In this document: piece by piece, positions 13,261 to 27,396 of the stretch
Position numbering within the stretch: position 1 is the first letter of the stretch
Layout of the letters: the number at the start of each line of letters is the position of its first letter
Source of the DNA: Podarcis bocagei
Lineage: Eukaryota
Assembly: GCA_964188305.1 (NCBI GenBank)
Contig: OZ076888.1
Reading direction: 5' to 3' (one strand)
DNA length: 64,000 nucleotides
Made by a program: the position numbers and the translations under genes
The notes under the pieces: generated by a model
Told to the model about the DNA's origin: nothing
Seen by the model: only the letters and a program-made list of their open reading frames with translations
Databases searched by the model: none

Positions 13261-14595
13261 CTATTCAGCGTTTTCAAAGGATTCGTGTTAAAATAAGAAG
13301 CAAATGGTTAGCGATAGAAGCTGTGGTTCAGGTGATGGAGAAGTGTGCTATCATTTTTTTTCCTCTTTCAGAAAATGCACCTCCACACACACACACACCT
13401 CACACTGCATACCACGGTCTTTCAGATTTCACTCTCAAATATGAGAAAAGACACTTTGCCTTTATCAGATGTTATGAAGGTAATGTTCTCTCTAAATGAT
13501 ATTTGGGAAAGTCAAAAATCACTTTCAAAAGTATAGATTCATTTCAAACCATATTCATTGCTGTTGAGCAGTACATAAATGATACTTTTGTTCAGCTATT
13601 GAAACCTAAATATATGCTGAAAATGAAACGTGTTAAGATGGTCGGGGGAGGGGGCTCAGCATATTTTAAAGATGTGGTTAGTTGTACTAAATATTGGCAA
13701 TTTATTAGTATTCAGCATTGGGCAGAATGAACATACTTTCTACGAAAGAGGGAAAGGGGGTGTCATGGGTTTTTTTTTATAATAATAAAAACAGCAACAA
13801 AACTGTACTAAAGATGAAATCTTTGAAATTTGCATTCCTTTTTTCTTTTTCTACCTGAACAAAGCTGGGTCTGGGAATTTTAGCAATATACTAAGAAGAG
13901 CCTATCCAAAACATAGGATGTGGTTATACTTATCTTTACATACAATTTCTATTTCAATCTCACTCTGTTTGCAAGTAAAATCCTTGCTTAAATATGCCAT
14001 GCCATCCAACATTTCACAGGTACATTCAGGGGCTGGTTGTTCGAAAGAATGATCTGCAACCTGAAGTCACATCCATGTCTTAAAGACATGAGCAAATTGA
14101 GCTCGTATTTTGCACAATTTGTATACGGTGTCTGTTTGATAATGTGCTATGCCTAATAAAGGATACTGGACATGAGCAAATGAAGTGTCAGAAGGAAGAT
14201 ACATGCCTGTTACATAAAGAAAAACCTTTCTGGAAGAAGAGTTAAAAACCCATGTCTTCACACATTAGGGAAGGCGGGGGGAAAGAATTATTGTGCATGC
14301 AGATGCCTACAACTTCTGTGGCTTAAAGTCACCCATGATTATTCCACAGGAGCCCCTATGGATCCCTGGCTAGTTCACAGATTCCATACATCAACTATTA
14401 TTCCATTAACATTCGACACCTTGATTATAATGTTTTAGATGCCTACTAAAAACTTTATAACAGCAAACCTATCCAGACACATGATTCAGTTATGTACACT
14501 TGCTTTTAAATTATGCTGATTTTATCTATATATTAGGATTAGGGATAGGAAGTGCTTATTTGAAGTTCATAAAGTTCCATAAATGAATGAATGAA

Positions 14596-15760
14596 TGTTT
14601 GCAATTAAATAGAACCCTTGCAAAAGGCGGCCAGTTGGTTCCACCAATCAGAAAAGCATTTATCAGTAAAGTCCTCCCGATGTTACTGTATGGGGTTGAA
14701 ATCTGGGGGTGGAATTTAAAAACACTACAACGGCTGGAGATTCTGCAAAACTCTTTTGCACGAAAGATACTGGGCCTCCCCAAGGGCTCGGTTGCTGCAC
14801 AGTTAAGAACAGAACTGGGCCTCCCCTCCATTGTTGCGAGAGCCCACATTAGAATTATTAGTTTTTACTGTAAATTAATCAATGCCCCAGGTTCCCTACT
14901 AGCCAGGCAAGCCTTTTTAACTTGTTCCCATAGCAACAAATGGTCCAAGGCCATGGAGACTATTACTGCACGCTACTCCCTTCCAGATCTCGTCACGCTG
15001 TCATCTTGGCACCAACATAAAATCCGGGCCTGGGTTCTTACAAGAGACGAGGCCATGGACCGGGCACAGTCCACCACAGCCCGCCTCTCCATGTGGCTCC
15101 CTAAAGTGAAAGTGGTAAGATCACTTGCAAACTACTTGATAGAACTGACGGAGCCCAATTTGAGAAGAGCGTTTACTATGGCCCGTTTCCATTCTATACC
15201 CACGGCCTTCCTTCAGGGGATTTACTCTAAGACCCCCTATTACTCAGCGTCTATGTCCATGCACAATGAATGAAGTAGAGGACTTCATACATTTCTTTTT
15301 CTACTGCCCTATTTATGAGCCAATAAGATCTAAGCTCCTCCTTTTGATCCCGTCCACCATTACGTCTAAGGAAGACTGTTTGAAATCGCTTCTTGTGGAC
15401 GCAAATCCCCAAATTTCACGTGGGGTGGCAATCTTCATAGTGCAGGCCCTGAAACTCAGGGCTACTCTGACAGGGTAGTGTGTCCTAGACCTGGACCTGT
15501 CCTAATTCTTTTTATTACATTCTTTTTTAACTCAATGTGCCAAGCTTACTCTGGGGCCATTTTATGCTTTATATATATCCGTATATTAGATTTCTGGCGC
15601 TGGCAACTAAATCCTTGCATTATTGTTTTAGGGTAATTTAAATGTCATGACGCCAGCAATATCGCCTTGAATCTTGCTGGGTTGCTTGTCTCTAGCATTT
15701 TTGTATTGTCTTATCTTGCTATGGCTGTATGCTAATGCAATAAAGGTTTGAATGAATAGA
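14596..15760 (+). mobile_element. 5'-truncated non-LTR retrotransposon, RTE-X-like (RT thumb region and CCHC knuckle)
   Basis: PMLLYGVEIWG...LEILQNSFARKILGLP...LRTELGL, then after a frameshift CPC...EVEDFIHFFFYCPIY; 3' end AATAAAGGTTTGAATGAAT. Confidence 0.7.
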
Positions 15761-16448
15761 ACTAGACTCAGGGCATCCAGGGGTCATTCATTGGCAAAGC
15801 AGAGTCTGGTGCTTTGAGGCACAAATAGAGAAATCCATTTGTGCCAGGCCTGTCCAATGCTTTTTTATGAGGTAGAGAATGCTCTGCTCTGTGAGTCCAG
15901 TGAAGCTCTTCCTCACCGCATGGGGACAGCATTCCCTGAAACAGCAAATAACAGATCACTTCTTGCTACATGCCGGGACTTTGTCAAGTCAATGTTAACC
16001 AATAATGCTGTCAATCCAATGCAAAAAGTGGGTTTCCTCAAGTCATGCATAGAGAAGACACATGGAACCCTCTCTCCCTACACCAAGACAGCCCCATTTT
16101 TTCTGTAGATCTAGGAACACCCTGCGCTTCTAGTGTGATTCTCCACTATGCACAAGCAGCATTCACACAAGAGGACTGCTCTTACAAGGCGAGTGATCAG
16201 CAGCAAGCATACTTTAATCTGAAGGGCTTTCAACCCCATGCAAAGGACTGAGGTTGATGTTTTTCTATTGTTAAGTACGTGAAAAATAAAAATAAATGAT
16301 GTTTCTGAGCAATAAATACATCTATGCCTCATTATCCCTTATATTCTACGTCTAGGCCACTTTGTACAAAATCTTTAATTAAAAGTTTTTTCCCTTGGAA
16401 TTGTCCCCATCAACAGTGAAATAAAGATTCCCCCACAAATGTGTGCAT

Positions 16449-16484
<36 letters not shown>

Positions 16485-16937
16485 CATGGAAGGGCACAGC
16501 TGTGCACACATGAAGTGCTATTCAGCACCAAATGAATTGGAACAAAATAAGTACTGAGACTGTTATGCTCTTAGTTTTGGCTCCATATTCTCAGTAGCAC
16601 AGTCTAACTTGTCACTTTATATTGATTCCATCTGTTTACACTCTGCAGAGGATTGGCTTCCGACAGCGAACGTTTCCTATTTACCAGCTGGTAAAGATAG
16701 GCCAAACCAGATAGGAAAGAATTAAATTATTTTCAAATCCTCATAAACATAAAATGAAAAGAAAAAAAATAATTAACGGGGGAGTGGGATGGGGGTGGAG
16801 ACTGAGTGATGGTGATGCGAAAGCCAAGCCCTGTCTACTTTATGCTGTTCTGGAAATTCAAAAGGGCCTTGTGTTGATTGTAAGATATTTACTTCTTCAC
16901 ATGCTGCTGTTTATTACATCTGTGAATGCCCTGCTAT

Positions 16938-17306
16938 AAAGGTAAAGAACCCCTGACAGTTAAGTCCAGTCGCAGATGACTCTGAGGTTGAGGTGCTCAT
17001 CTTGCTCTACAGGCCGAAGGAGCCGGCGTTTGTCTGCAGACAGTTTTTCCGGGTCATGTGGCCAGCATTCTGGTGCAATGGAACACCGAAACCAGAGCAG
17101 TGCATGGAAACACCGTTTACCTTCCCCAGCGGAGCGGTACCTATTTATCTACTTGCACTTTTTGGCGTGCTTCCGAACTGCTAGGTTGGCAGGAGCTGGG
17201 ACCGAGCAACGGGAGCTCACCCCATCGCAGGGATTCGAACCGCCAACCTTCCGATCAGCAAGCCCAAGAGGCTCAGTGGTTTAGACCACAGTGCCACCCG
17301 TGTCCC
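16938..17306 (-). mobile_element. Sauria SINE
   Basis: tRNA-like head with A/B boxes (GGTTCGAATCC), ACCTTT tail, ~13-bp TSD GA(A/G)TGCCCTGCTA; homologous to 32617-32981. Confidence 0.9.
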
Positions 17307-17412
17307 GAGTGCCCTGCTAGTGTAATGCTAATGAGACCCCTGGTGCTAATCATGTTAAAGGCTAAAAATAAGACAGGTGAATAGAACCCACTAACTGCAT
17401 CTGACTACACTG

Positions 17413-18185
17413 GTGAGGGTTCATCCTCGAGTCTACCTAGTGGCAGTGAAGGCACGGCAAAGAAGGCATACTTTGCTGCCTCCATTACATCTTCACTGGG
17501 TCATCCAGCAGAGGTTTTTCTGGATAGTGCAGAGCCTTTTACTGTCTGGCTCGAAGGAGGTGACAGAAATGATGGTAGCTCACTGTGACTTGTTTGCAAA
17601 GCATTTTGAGCATGAAATTGCTTGCATCCACCGGAATCCTGACTCTGCTGTTACAGCAGATGAATCTCAGGCACTGTCTAGTCCGGTTGTGTTGGGTGAG
17701 TTTCAGTTAATAAGGCCGGAGGATGTGGAGCAGCGCTTGGACTGGACAGAGTGACCACTTGTGCTCTGGACCCTTGCCCCTCTTGGCAGGGGACAGCTGG
17801 CTGGGCCAGGGAGGGGATTAATGTCTCCTTGCAAGAGGGGGTGGTTCCTGCCTGCTTGAAGGAGACAGTGGTAAAACCTCTCAAGGACCACCTCGCCACA
17901 TATGAACTGATCCAGACCCTGCAATCATCATCTGAGGCCCTTCTTCGTGCACGTCCTTTGTGAGAAGTCCAGAGGATGGCAACATGAGAACGAGCCTTTT
18001 CTGCAGTTTGCTCCCCATTTGGGGAGTGCTCCCCCCAGGGAAGCTTGCCTGGTGCCATCATTACATATCTTTAGGTGCCAGGCAAAAACATTCTTCTTCT
18101 CCCAGGCCTGTGGCTAATTAAACAATATATTATGTTTTTATGCTGTGATCCTTAGAAGGGCAGCATAGGAGTCTAATAAATAAAT
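17413..18185 (+). mobile_element. Degenerate, internally deleted L2 LINE
   Basis: FQLIRPEDV...TTCALDPCPSW...INVSLQEGVVPACLKETVVKPL motif, as in the 41.8-kb copy; TAAA-type tail. Confidence 0.75.
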
Positions 18186-20333
18186 ATTACTAAATGCATT
18201 GGGTTTTACTTGTGTCTGGCGTTGCAAAAAGAGAGGAAGGGATATCAAATGCCTTGTTGGTAGACAAGACCTTGTTGGGTGAGGGCTGGGTAGAGGTTCT
18301 GTGAGCCTGCAAACCATGAAGGGAATTCCTAAAAAAATAACGGACACAATCTAGATGAAGTTAAATTGTAGTTGATATTTTACTGTTGGTGGCTGCACTC
18401 TGCATGGTGGGTGAGCAGGAGAGCATCAAATGAATGAAAAAGAACAGAACTTTCAACCATTCTGTCTTTATGGAACTTTTTCCACCTTATGGAACTTTTT
18501 CACCATCCCACCCACAGGGCCAGTCCCTCTTTTCTGTACTTGCTGTAGAAAAAAAACAAACTATTCCTGTTTGGAGAGGTATTTGCAGTGCCTTAATAGA
18601 AAGCGTAAGTTGGCACCTACATGCAGAGGACTTCTTTAGGGTTGAGGGTACAGCATTGTGAAGGAATAGAGGCCCAATTCAGATGAACTGTGAAATGTTT
18701 TATGGTACAGTAACCAGTCTGTTCATGCCTGTCCCCTCAAGAGGTTTCAAGGGCTGCACTGGCCCCCAAGGCCTGGGGTTCCCCACCTCTGCCACGGAGT
18801 ACACTAGCACACGAGGGATTTGTCCCAAGCTGCTTATAAAGGAAACTCTAATAGATGGACTGCTGTTCTAGTCTTGAAGCTGGGATTTGAAAGGGGTTTA
18901 AGAGCATTCATTCATTCATCTGGAGAATTCCTGGAGACAAGTTTAGCACTGAAGATGCAACTTCTGCATCTCTTTCATCAGCTTCATTGTGCTGTTATAC
19001 CTGCAGTCTAAAAAAGTGACATACATATCTATCTGATGGGCTGGTGAGCATCTGTACACTGACAAGGCAAATACTCCCCCCGCCAAAGGTATTCAAGGTG
19101 ACATTTGCAACTGCAGGATCGTCCAAATCTGTGCATCATCTCCTTGACTTTGTGGATTAATCCTTTTTTCCAATTTAAGGATGCTAAAACTGCAAATGAT
19201 CCTGTATTAAACTACTGATAGAGAGATAGATAGATACTTACATATAAGCTTAATCTTAGATCGTCCTTAATCAAATAAATAAATAAATAAACACAAGCTC
19301 TTATACATTAAATTTTCTGGAAGCTTAATTGGGGCCATGGGGGATATTTTCTGTTCATAAATGTTGCAACAGAAAGATAGCTTGGCTGTTTCATTTGTCA
19401 TGGGGAAATGGAAATGTTACTCTCCTGTTAGCTGCATGAATATATATATATATGACGATGAAGAAGAAGAAAAGCAATGGCAGCCATAAGAACTATATTT
19501 GAGCGATGACTGATAGGGTTTACTGTAGTGAGGAATGAATGACAGTCTTGGATGCAATCTGTCCCGACAGCTCTGTGATATGCTAATGTCTCACACAGTC
19601 TAGGATGACAGATACAGACACCCTTCATGAGAGAAAGATGCTGGCACCTGGGTCCGATATAGATACATGTGGGTGAGATGGCGCACACAGCGCTTGTGCC
19701 AGAGAGGCTGCGTCTTGGCAAACAAGGCTGCTCCATCTTGCTATGCCGCAGCTGTACTTGCAAATCCTCTGCAAAAACCTCCTGCCTAATTATTAAGCCT
19801 GGAGAGTTATGCCAGCGTGATTTGTCTTTGGCGGCCAAAACGTGTTTCATAGGTGAGTAAAGCCCAGTGTTGGGGTACACAAATGTGGACGCTATGGGCA
19901 GCCATTAATTCTTTTCCTGGAGACTGCTTGTTCCTGGATGTCCGGCACAACACTGAGAAGACATCTTTCCCTACGTGCTCAATGCATTTCATGGGGGGCA
20001 AAGAGTGGAAACAGACACAGACTGCCTTCCTGGCCCCATGTTCTCTGGCATTTACTCCAGACCCTGGAAGGAGCAAGGGTCCAAGTGTCTTCCAAGCTGG
20101 CAGAAGGATGCAAAGGGGCAGAGTTGGCTCCCCACTTTGCATCAGGCACTGGGGAAAGTCAGAAGCAACGAGACAGTCCCCCTGTTTCTGAAACTCAGCA
20201 CAAAACGAGAGGTGAGTGACTCTCCTTTTCCCCTGAGTTTTTTGTACACATGAGAGATCTTGAGAGCTCAGCGATGACCACAGGCTATCAAGGGCAAGGG
20301 CAATGACTGAGTGTTACTTGCTGTGTGCAATAC

Positions 20334-20400
20334 CTTCTCCCGTAAGAGGCATTCTAGCTGACTCAACGTCCTCGACCGCGAATCTTCAGCACTACTCCAC
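20334..20400 (-). CDS. EFCAB6: EFCAB6 coding exon (67 bp)
   Basis: WSSAEDSRSRTLSQLECLLREK resembles human CCRTLRELEIQVGEK; ttttttag/GTATTG; phase 2/0 fits both neighbours. Confidence 0.85.
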
Positions 20401-21723
20401 CTAAAAAAGTAAAGGTAAATGAAATTACCATGAACAATGTTGCAGAGCAGCAATGCCCACCATACTCCCCCAAAGAGTATTCAGGGCCTTTCTGCCCCCC
20501 CCCCGAAAAGGCTCTGTTTTATGCACTGTTTGTGCACTGCAGCCCCCCACTAGTGGCTGTTAACTGATCTCATACCCGGCAGCAACAGGACCACACTCCT
20601 TGTTTGTTTCTTGGGTCCAGTGTCATGTTGCACATTTGGAAAAAGCTGCCCACAGACCGCTTGTCACCAACCCATAATCTCAAGGACTCTCTCCCTTTTA
20701 TAACTACTCCTGGCAGAAATAAGGAAGGCACGTCTGCTCTGCTGTCTTCTATTTCTCTCCCACCCCAAGTATTTCAGAGCATCTTTAGATTGCTGCAAAA
20801 TGGAGAGCAGGATTCGCTTCCGCTCTTTCTGCCTCTCAGCCTTTACAGGGCTCTCCCGTTCCCTCACCGCCTTTTCCCTCCCTGCTAACAAACTGCTAAA
20901 CGGGGGAGAGAAATGGCTTTGGCAGGGAAAGTGGCCCCAGCCAAACCAAGGAGTTAAAGAGGTAAAAAGAAAGTGGGAGCCCCTTAGCCTAGGACACTTC
21001 CCCAATTCATCACACATGCGCACAAACCTCTCTCCAAACCTTTTTCAAAGAGGGCAAGATTTGATGAAGTGAAGGGCCGTGAACACCGACCAAATGACCA
21101 ACCAAAATTTTTTTAGGATTAAAGTTGTTGCGTTTTTTTTAGGATTTTACCCCAGGAAATAAACTGCCACATGGGCAGGGTTAAACTGACCAGCAGGCCA
21201 GATTAGGCTCCTGAGACGGACTTTGGACATGCCTGCTTTGTGCCATTCTTCACCTCCCAGCCACTCTGGCTTCCTGCTTCCAGGAAGTCCATTCTGCAAC
21301 AATTAGTTTTTGTTGTTTTTTGAAAAAAGAGGTTGGGGGCCTGGTGCTTGTGATGATCAGGCGCTAGGAAAATTGAGCTGTCATCTCCAGGTGTATCCCT
21401 ACCACAGGTGGGCAGTTGTTTTTTGTTTGGTTTGTGAAGTGGGGTGAGAGATGCACATGTGCTGCCAAAGCTGTGGAGGAAGTGGGGCAACAGATGAATT
21501 GAGAAAGGAGCAAGCACATGCATACATACACATGCATTTTTCCACATTAAAATATCTGTCCAGGTGAGCGTGCTCATTTGGTCTACTGAGTTCAAAAGAT
21601 GTTTTTCCACAATATGCATTAAGGGGGGGTGTACTGAGGGGGGGGGAACATGCTCTGGTACACTTCACCCTTTCCTTTAAAATGGACACTTGCAATCTTA
21701 ACCCCACCATGCATGAGGGGCAG

Positions 21724-22217
21724 AAAGTCTATGACGCCACAAGGAGGACTTCTCTTCACACTACAACAAAAACTCCTGGATAATGTGATGAATGTTTCTG
21801 CTGCTCTAAGGAGACTAGTTGGCTTGGCAACTATTATCAGTTGAACATGCCCAGGCATCAGGGCTTGACCTGAAGGAACCGGGGACAACGTTTGCAAAGG
21901 AAAAGGAAGGCAAAGTGAGATTTTGATGTGCCTGAAATTGAAACTTTCAAGAGACTGAAATTTTAGCATCAGAATTCACAAGATTATCCAAAAGGAGCTG
22001 TGTGCTAAAGCATTTTCTTTTGTATTTGAGAAAGATAATCAAAGTTTGTTGTATTACTTAGGCTTGCCATTTAAAATAAATGCAGTAGTTCCAAGGTTTT
22101 TTGCCTTTCATTTTTCCTACAACACATCTCTTTTTGAAAACTTAAGTTAGCAGTTGGGGGGGGGGGGTCCAAGCAGTTAGCCTTGCCTAGGGCTCAAAAT
22201 AGCCTGGCACCAGCACT
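21724..22217 (+). mobile_element. Second, deleted copy of the 3' part of the hAT element at 8354-10389
   Basis: Shares ctacaacaaaaactc, gactagttggcttgg...gggcttgacctgaag and the terminus agccttgcctagggctcaaaa with 9600-10389. Confidence 0.8.
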
Positions 22218-22871
22218 GCTGCCAATGCTGACATGTTGGGGCAATGAGCAAGCAGCAAAGCTCTTGCAAGTTGAAGGAGTAGGGCTTTGAAGGATCAGCT
22301 GCAGAAAGAAAATGAGGCAGAGAGGGGAGAAGGCCACATGATGTGGTCCACGGAGATGTGGCGTGAAAGCCAAGAAACCCGATATAACCACAAAACTATA
22401 GCATGCAAGAGGCATACTGCGCGGCACCATACATGCATTTCTTCTAGAAATCCTTTTTGCGTTACCACGTTAGAAGAAAAGCAGGTTTTAGCTCAGGGAC
22501 ATCTAAGATGCAGTCATATCAGAGGGAACGTCATGTGGTCCCAGCCCCCAAATGCAGCAACAACCAAAGTTTGGAGTAAGATTTTGGGTGCTTATAAGAG
22601 GCTGAAGATGAAGGAGGAAGTGGCAGCCGTAGTGATCAATGGAGCTGATGAAGAGCAGAACTGAAGCTCTGACCAGCATTCAATTAGCTGAGAGCCAAGC
22701 TAGACAAGAACCAGGAAATTCAGTTGCAGCCTTCTTTCTATGCCTGCCCCACAACTGATGCTTGTGGCAAAGGGGGACAGAGATGTGGTATCCCATCACC
22801 CAAAAGCCAAGAGAACAAGGGATGGGGTTTTTAACCCTTTCCACCCATCACATTTTCCTGATCAGCTAATA

Positions 22872-23097
22872 CCGTGGTACCTCGGGTTAAGTACTTAATT
22901 CGTTCCAGAGGTCTGTTCTTAACCTGAAACTGTTCTTAACCTGAAGCACCACTTTAGCTAATGGGGCCTCCTGCTGCCGCTGCGCCACCACCACGTGATT
23001 TCTGTTCTCATCCTGAAACAAAGTTCTTAACCCGAGGTACTATTTCTGGGTTAGCAGAGTCTGTAACCTGAAACACCTGTAACCCGAGGTAGCACTG
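22872..23097. mobile_element. Tigger-like MITE
   Basis: CCGTGGTACCTCGGGTTA...TAACCCGAGGTAGCACTG with TA flanks. Confidence 0.8.
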
Positions 23098-23752
23098 TAA
23101 CCTAAATTCCTGATTTCCTAATAACCACTTCTTTAAGTGGGTCCAGGAAGACTCTCTCACAGAGGGAAGTATTCACCAACCCACAAAACCTATTGCCCAG
23201 CCCTGCCTGGCTCACATTTATAAGCCAGGATAGGCAAGGATCAAGGAGACAGGTGGTCTCTTTCACTCATCCAGGCATCCTGTCCACATCCTTGGAGGTA
23301 ACAGCTTGAAAATGATTGCAGACAACCTGAATGGATAAAGTTCTGTCACTCTTCCATCTCACGGTGCAGTCTTCCTCCCTTTGAATCTGTGTGATTTTAT
23401 CTGCCAAAAACTTATTTATATGGTGCTATCTAAGCACATAATGCTCTGCAACCCAATATAATTTGGTTTTTAAAAAGGCCATAGGCTGTAACTCAAGTCA
23501 GAAAGTAGTCCTAAACTCACTTTCTAAAATCTTGTCTAAGGAAAAACAGCAGCTGTATCACCCTCCAGTGGTAGATCAGGGTATAACTAGGGCTACTCCT
23601 TTGAATCTGATAGGCTTATGTCATAATAAAAAGGCTAGTATTTTACAGTGATACAGAAATCTTTGTTGTTCTTGGTACCACAAACTAACATGTACGTATG
23701 GAATATTGGGGGGGGGGGCAGAGACTGGAATTTACATCACACATTTTAAATA

Positions 23753-24011
23753 CCGTATTTTTTGCTCTATAAGACTCACTTTTCCCCTCCTAAAAAGTAA
23801 GGGGAAATGTGTGTGCGTCTTATGGAGCGAATGCAGGCTACGCAGCTATCCCAGAAGCCAGAACAGCCAGAGGGATTGCTGTTTTCACTGCGCAGCGATC
23901 CCTCTTGCTGTTCTGGCTTCTGAGATTCAGAATATTTTTTTTCTTGTTTTCCTCCTCCAAAAACTAGGTGCGTCTTCTGGTCTGGTGCGTCTTATAGAGC
24001 GAAAAATATGG
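23753..24011 (-). mobile_element. Tc2/pogo-like MITE, same family as 5816-6075
   Basis: Reverse complement of 5816-6075 with CCGTATTTTT TIRs. Confidence 0.85.
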
Positions 24012-25401
24012 CACTCGTACTTTGGTAATATTTTTTTTAATGCAAAAATATAGATTATTTTAGAAAGCTAGCATGCCTATCCTTCTGGAAACTTAAAATA
24101 CCGATAATAAACAGATCACAAAACTTATCAGGTGTCTGTGTCTGTACGACAGCTTCTGCGTACAAAGCACTGCAGAGTTGTCCTTACAGGCTGATCTAGA
24201 TCTCCACTCAAATGAGTTTTGGAGAATGTGAAGGCGCCTAGGAGTATAATTTCCCGGGCCAGTCTCCCTGAATTTCTCTGTATTACACAGATCTGGGTGC
24301 TGGTGCACAACCCTGAATCTATTGGGCTGTTACTGTAAGTTCGGGTCCTCACACACTGCCATCATTCTGTTTCCAGAGCACTTAAAAATATGTGTGCACT
24401 TGTCAAGCCAAATGGTGGGCCAAACTCCTGCATCAGCTCTGTGGCTTAAGAAATGTAAGGTGTGCTCGCCACATCCAGGCAGCTAAGACCTTCCTCTGGC
24501 CTTGAGTGGCTTTACATTGCAGCTTTGTGACAACTTTGTGGCTAGTATTTTTTAAAAGTCCTTTGTGAGTCGGTTCTACCTTGCCCAGCCCAGAAAGCGC
24601 GCCTCATGTTAAGAACAGTTTTGGTTTAAGAACGGACCTGTGGAACGAATTAAGTTCATAACTGGAGGTACCACTGTATTGTATTGAGCTGTGCTGCTAT
24701 GCAGCAGCAGGGTCAAAGGCATCTTTGACACGACTGATGTTTCTCCTAAGCAGGTGCCTAAACAATACTTATAAGTTTAAGTGTGATGGTGTTGTATACT
24801 TAAGTATAAGTGTATTGTAAATAAATGAGCAAATAAATTTCTTTTTCCTCCCTTCTTTCATAAACAAGAGATAAAGGCACACATAAGCATGGTGTCTGAC
24901 ATAAGCATAATAAAAGTTAATTTGGGGGCTAAACTACATTTGGGGGCGCTTGGCGGATCTTTGCGCCACGGCAGCACATATGCTAAAGACTGTGCTGTTC
25001 TTGTGCCCTATTTGAGAGACAGTATCTGGCTAACCAGAATTCTGGACTAGGTGGACTGTTGGGTCCTATGCAGCAAGGCTGTTTTTATGTATGCCTCTGA
25101 AGAGAGCAATGTTACACCACCATTCTGCTTGCAGGCTCCCTGTATGCTCCCTGGTCGGCTACTGTAAGTACTGTGAATACTGATGCACAGTATTCTCAGT
25201 CCAGGAATATCCCAAACATTGCCGGGAAAGTTGAACTATAAGATATTGCAAGGGAGAAGGGAGTTGGCACTGGTCTGCCTTTTTCGCTGACAACACCATG
25301 TTCTTGGTGATGTGTAGGCCTGCCTGAAATTTGGCATTACTACTTCTACCAATCTCAGAACTTCACAGTTCATTTTAGTTCAAATCAACAAAAGTTCTTA
25401 C

Positions 25402-25484
25402 GTCCTTTGGAGGTGGTTAATCGGTCTGGCAAACTTCGACAAGAACTCAAGATAAGGTACAGCAACTTTGGTACAGCCCGGAAT
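25402..25484 (-). CDS. EFCAB6: EFCAB6 coding exon (83 bp)
   Basis: IPGCTKVAVPYLEFLSKFARPINHLQR(T) resembles human IPLSTSGTVPYLEFLSRF; cag/GTAAG; phase 0/2. Confidence 0.92.
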
Positions 25485-26422
25485 CTGTTTCAATACAAAG
25501 AAACTTAATGTGAATGGTATTCTGTGGTGGTTGTTTTTCATCATGTTGCCTCCTCCCTTATTGTTCCATTAAGGTAACATTTAATTAAAAAGTTAATCTT
25601 CTTTGTTCAGATCTGCTTGCATTCTTTCATTTCTCAACAAATGTGTTATAAGCTTTCAAACAGCCCACAGCTCTCTCATAAAAATATTTGTTATTCTAAT
25701 TGCTCACCGGTAAGATTATTTATTATAATTTATATTCCACCTTTCTGTAAAACCACACACTCAAGAAAGCTTTTCAGTGGACTGCTTCTTGCCATGCTTC
25801 TTACTGACATATTGCTTCCGTTTAATATTGGGAAGTATCATAACAGCTAGAATGTTTTACAAGAAAACTTGTAATTCCATTGGGCCTGTGACTCACAGCA
25901 AATTTATACACACAACAGAATTAAAGTGGGAATGCTTTTCCTGGACTACACTATCTCCTACTGCAGGTAGAGAATTATATGTCTGGAGTCTCTTCTTCAA
26001 TAACAACAATTTAAAAACCTCAGTGTGCAGAGAGAAAAAACAGCATGCAGCGAGAGAAGTTTGTTATTGGCTTATGACTCACCTGAGTTCAGGTGACATG
26101 CCTAGCCAGATCATGGCTTGTTTCCCAACAGGGGAGAAGCCAAGTACCTGCCTGTGTGATTGACACCATAGGGAAAGATTTAAGCCCTCCTTCCCAGTTG
26201 AGACTGTGAGAAACTCCCACTGGCACCAATAGGTTTATTCCTAATTCTGACGCAAAATTTCTACATGACAATCACAATTGCTCCTAACTCACATATGGCA
26301 ATTAATTTTAAAAACCAATGCTGTGATTGCTAATTATGCCTAATGATACAGTTAATGATAACATGCAGTTAGGCCCTTTGATAACTGAGAAAAAGCTTAT
26401 ATACACCCACAAGACTACACAC

Positions 26423-26643
26423 CTTGTCCAGCAAAGCATCAAACTGTTCTTGCGTCAGGGGTAAAATGAATGTTTCAATCACTCTTCTAAATTCACCCTT
26501 AGTGACTTTCAGGGTTTGATCAACGTCAACTGTCTGAAATGCATTTTTGAGTTCATCTTCTTTTGCTAGAGCCTTCTGAAGCAAAATCTGCTCAATATCC
26601 ACCGAAGACAATGTGGGGTCAGGGAGAGAACTGACAGATGCAG
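26423..26643 (-). CDS. EFCAB6: EFCAB6 coding exon (EF-hand 1)
   Basis: ASVSSLPDPTLSSVDIEQILLQKALAKEDELKNAFQTVDVDQTLKVTKGEFRRVIETFILPLTQEQFDALLDK resembles human NPTLSSLDVKRILFQK...DELQKAFQLLD...LTREQF; tag/GTGTGT boundaries. Confidence 0.92.
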
Positions 26644-26934
26644 CTAGAAAATATATTATAAAGTTATAGTGCCTGTGGTACACAGTTCCTTCAGCAAACC
26701 AAGCACAAAGTCATGTCAACTTCTACATTATCAACCTAAGTTTGACTTTTCTACAGTAGGAACCTTTCAGGACTCCAAACAGGCAGGGGGAGATGGGGGC
26801 ATGTCCACTGTTCTGTTGTTGGCAGAGGAAAGCAGCAGATGCCTCTAGAAAGTTTTAAGGAGAACATGAAAGCAGTAGCTCTCATCTACTGCTGGTCCCT
26901 AGCACCTAGTAGCCAAAAGTAGACTGCCTCTAAA

Positions 26935-27396
26935 CAGTGGCGTAGCGTGGGTTCTCAGCACCCGGGGCAAGGCAAGTAACTTGCGCCCCCTAACCCGTGG
27001 ATTTTAGCACTCAAGTCTCTTCCGCGCGCCCCCCAGATGTTGCGCCAGGTGCAGCAGGCCCCCCTGCACCCCCCACGCTACGCCACTGCTCCCACCACAA
27101 GTCTTCAGGACAGCCATCCAAAGGCTGGCGTGGGGAGAAGGTCTCTCCGCCCCACCGCCAGGCTTCGGAGCAGCCTTCCGAAGGCTGGTGCGGGGAGAAG
27201 GTCTCTCCGCCCCACCGCCAGGCTTCGGAGCAGCCTTCCGAAGGCTGGTGCGGGGAGAAGGTCTCTCCGCCCCACCGCCAGGCTTCGGAGGAGGTCCGAG
27301 GACAGTGGGGTTCCTGCTTCCTCGAGGAGGGCCAGCCAAACGCGCCCCCCAAATGTTGCGCCCGGTGCGGCTGGCACCCCCCACGCTACGCCACTG
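26935..27396. mobile_element. Composite hAT MITE with an internal 60-bp tandem repeat
   Basis: TIR CAGTGGCGTAGCGTGGG, 8-bp TSD CCTCTAAA; an extra right-TIR copy ends at 27088; about 3 x 60-bp units at ~27118-27295. Confidence 0.9.
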
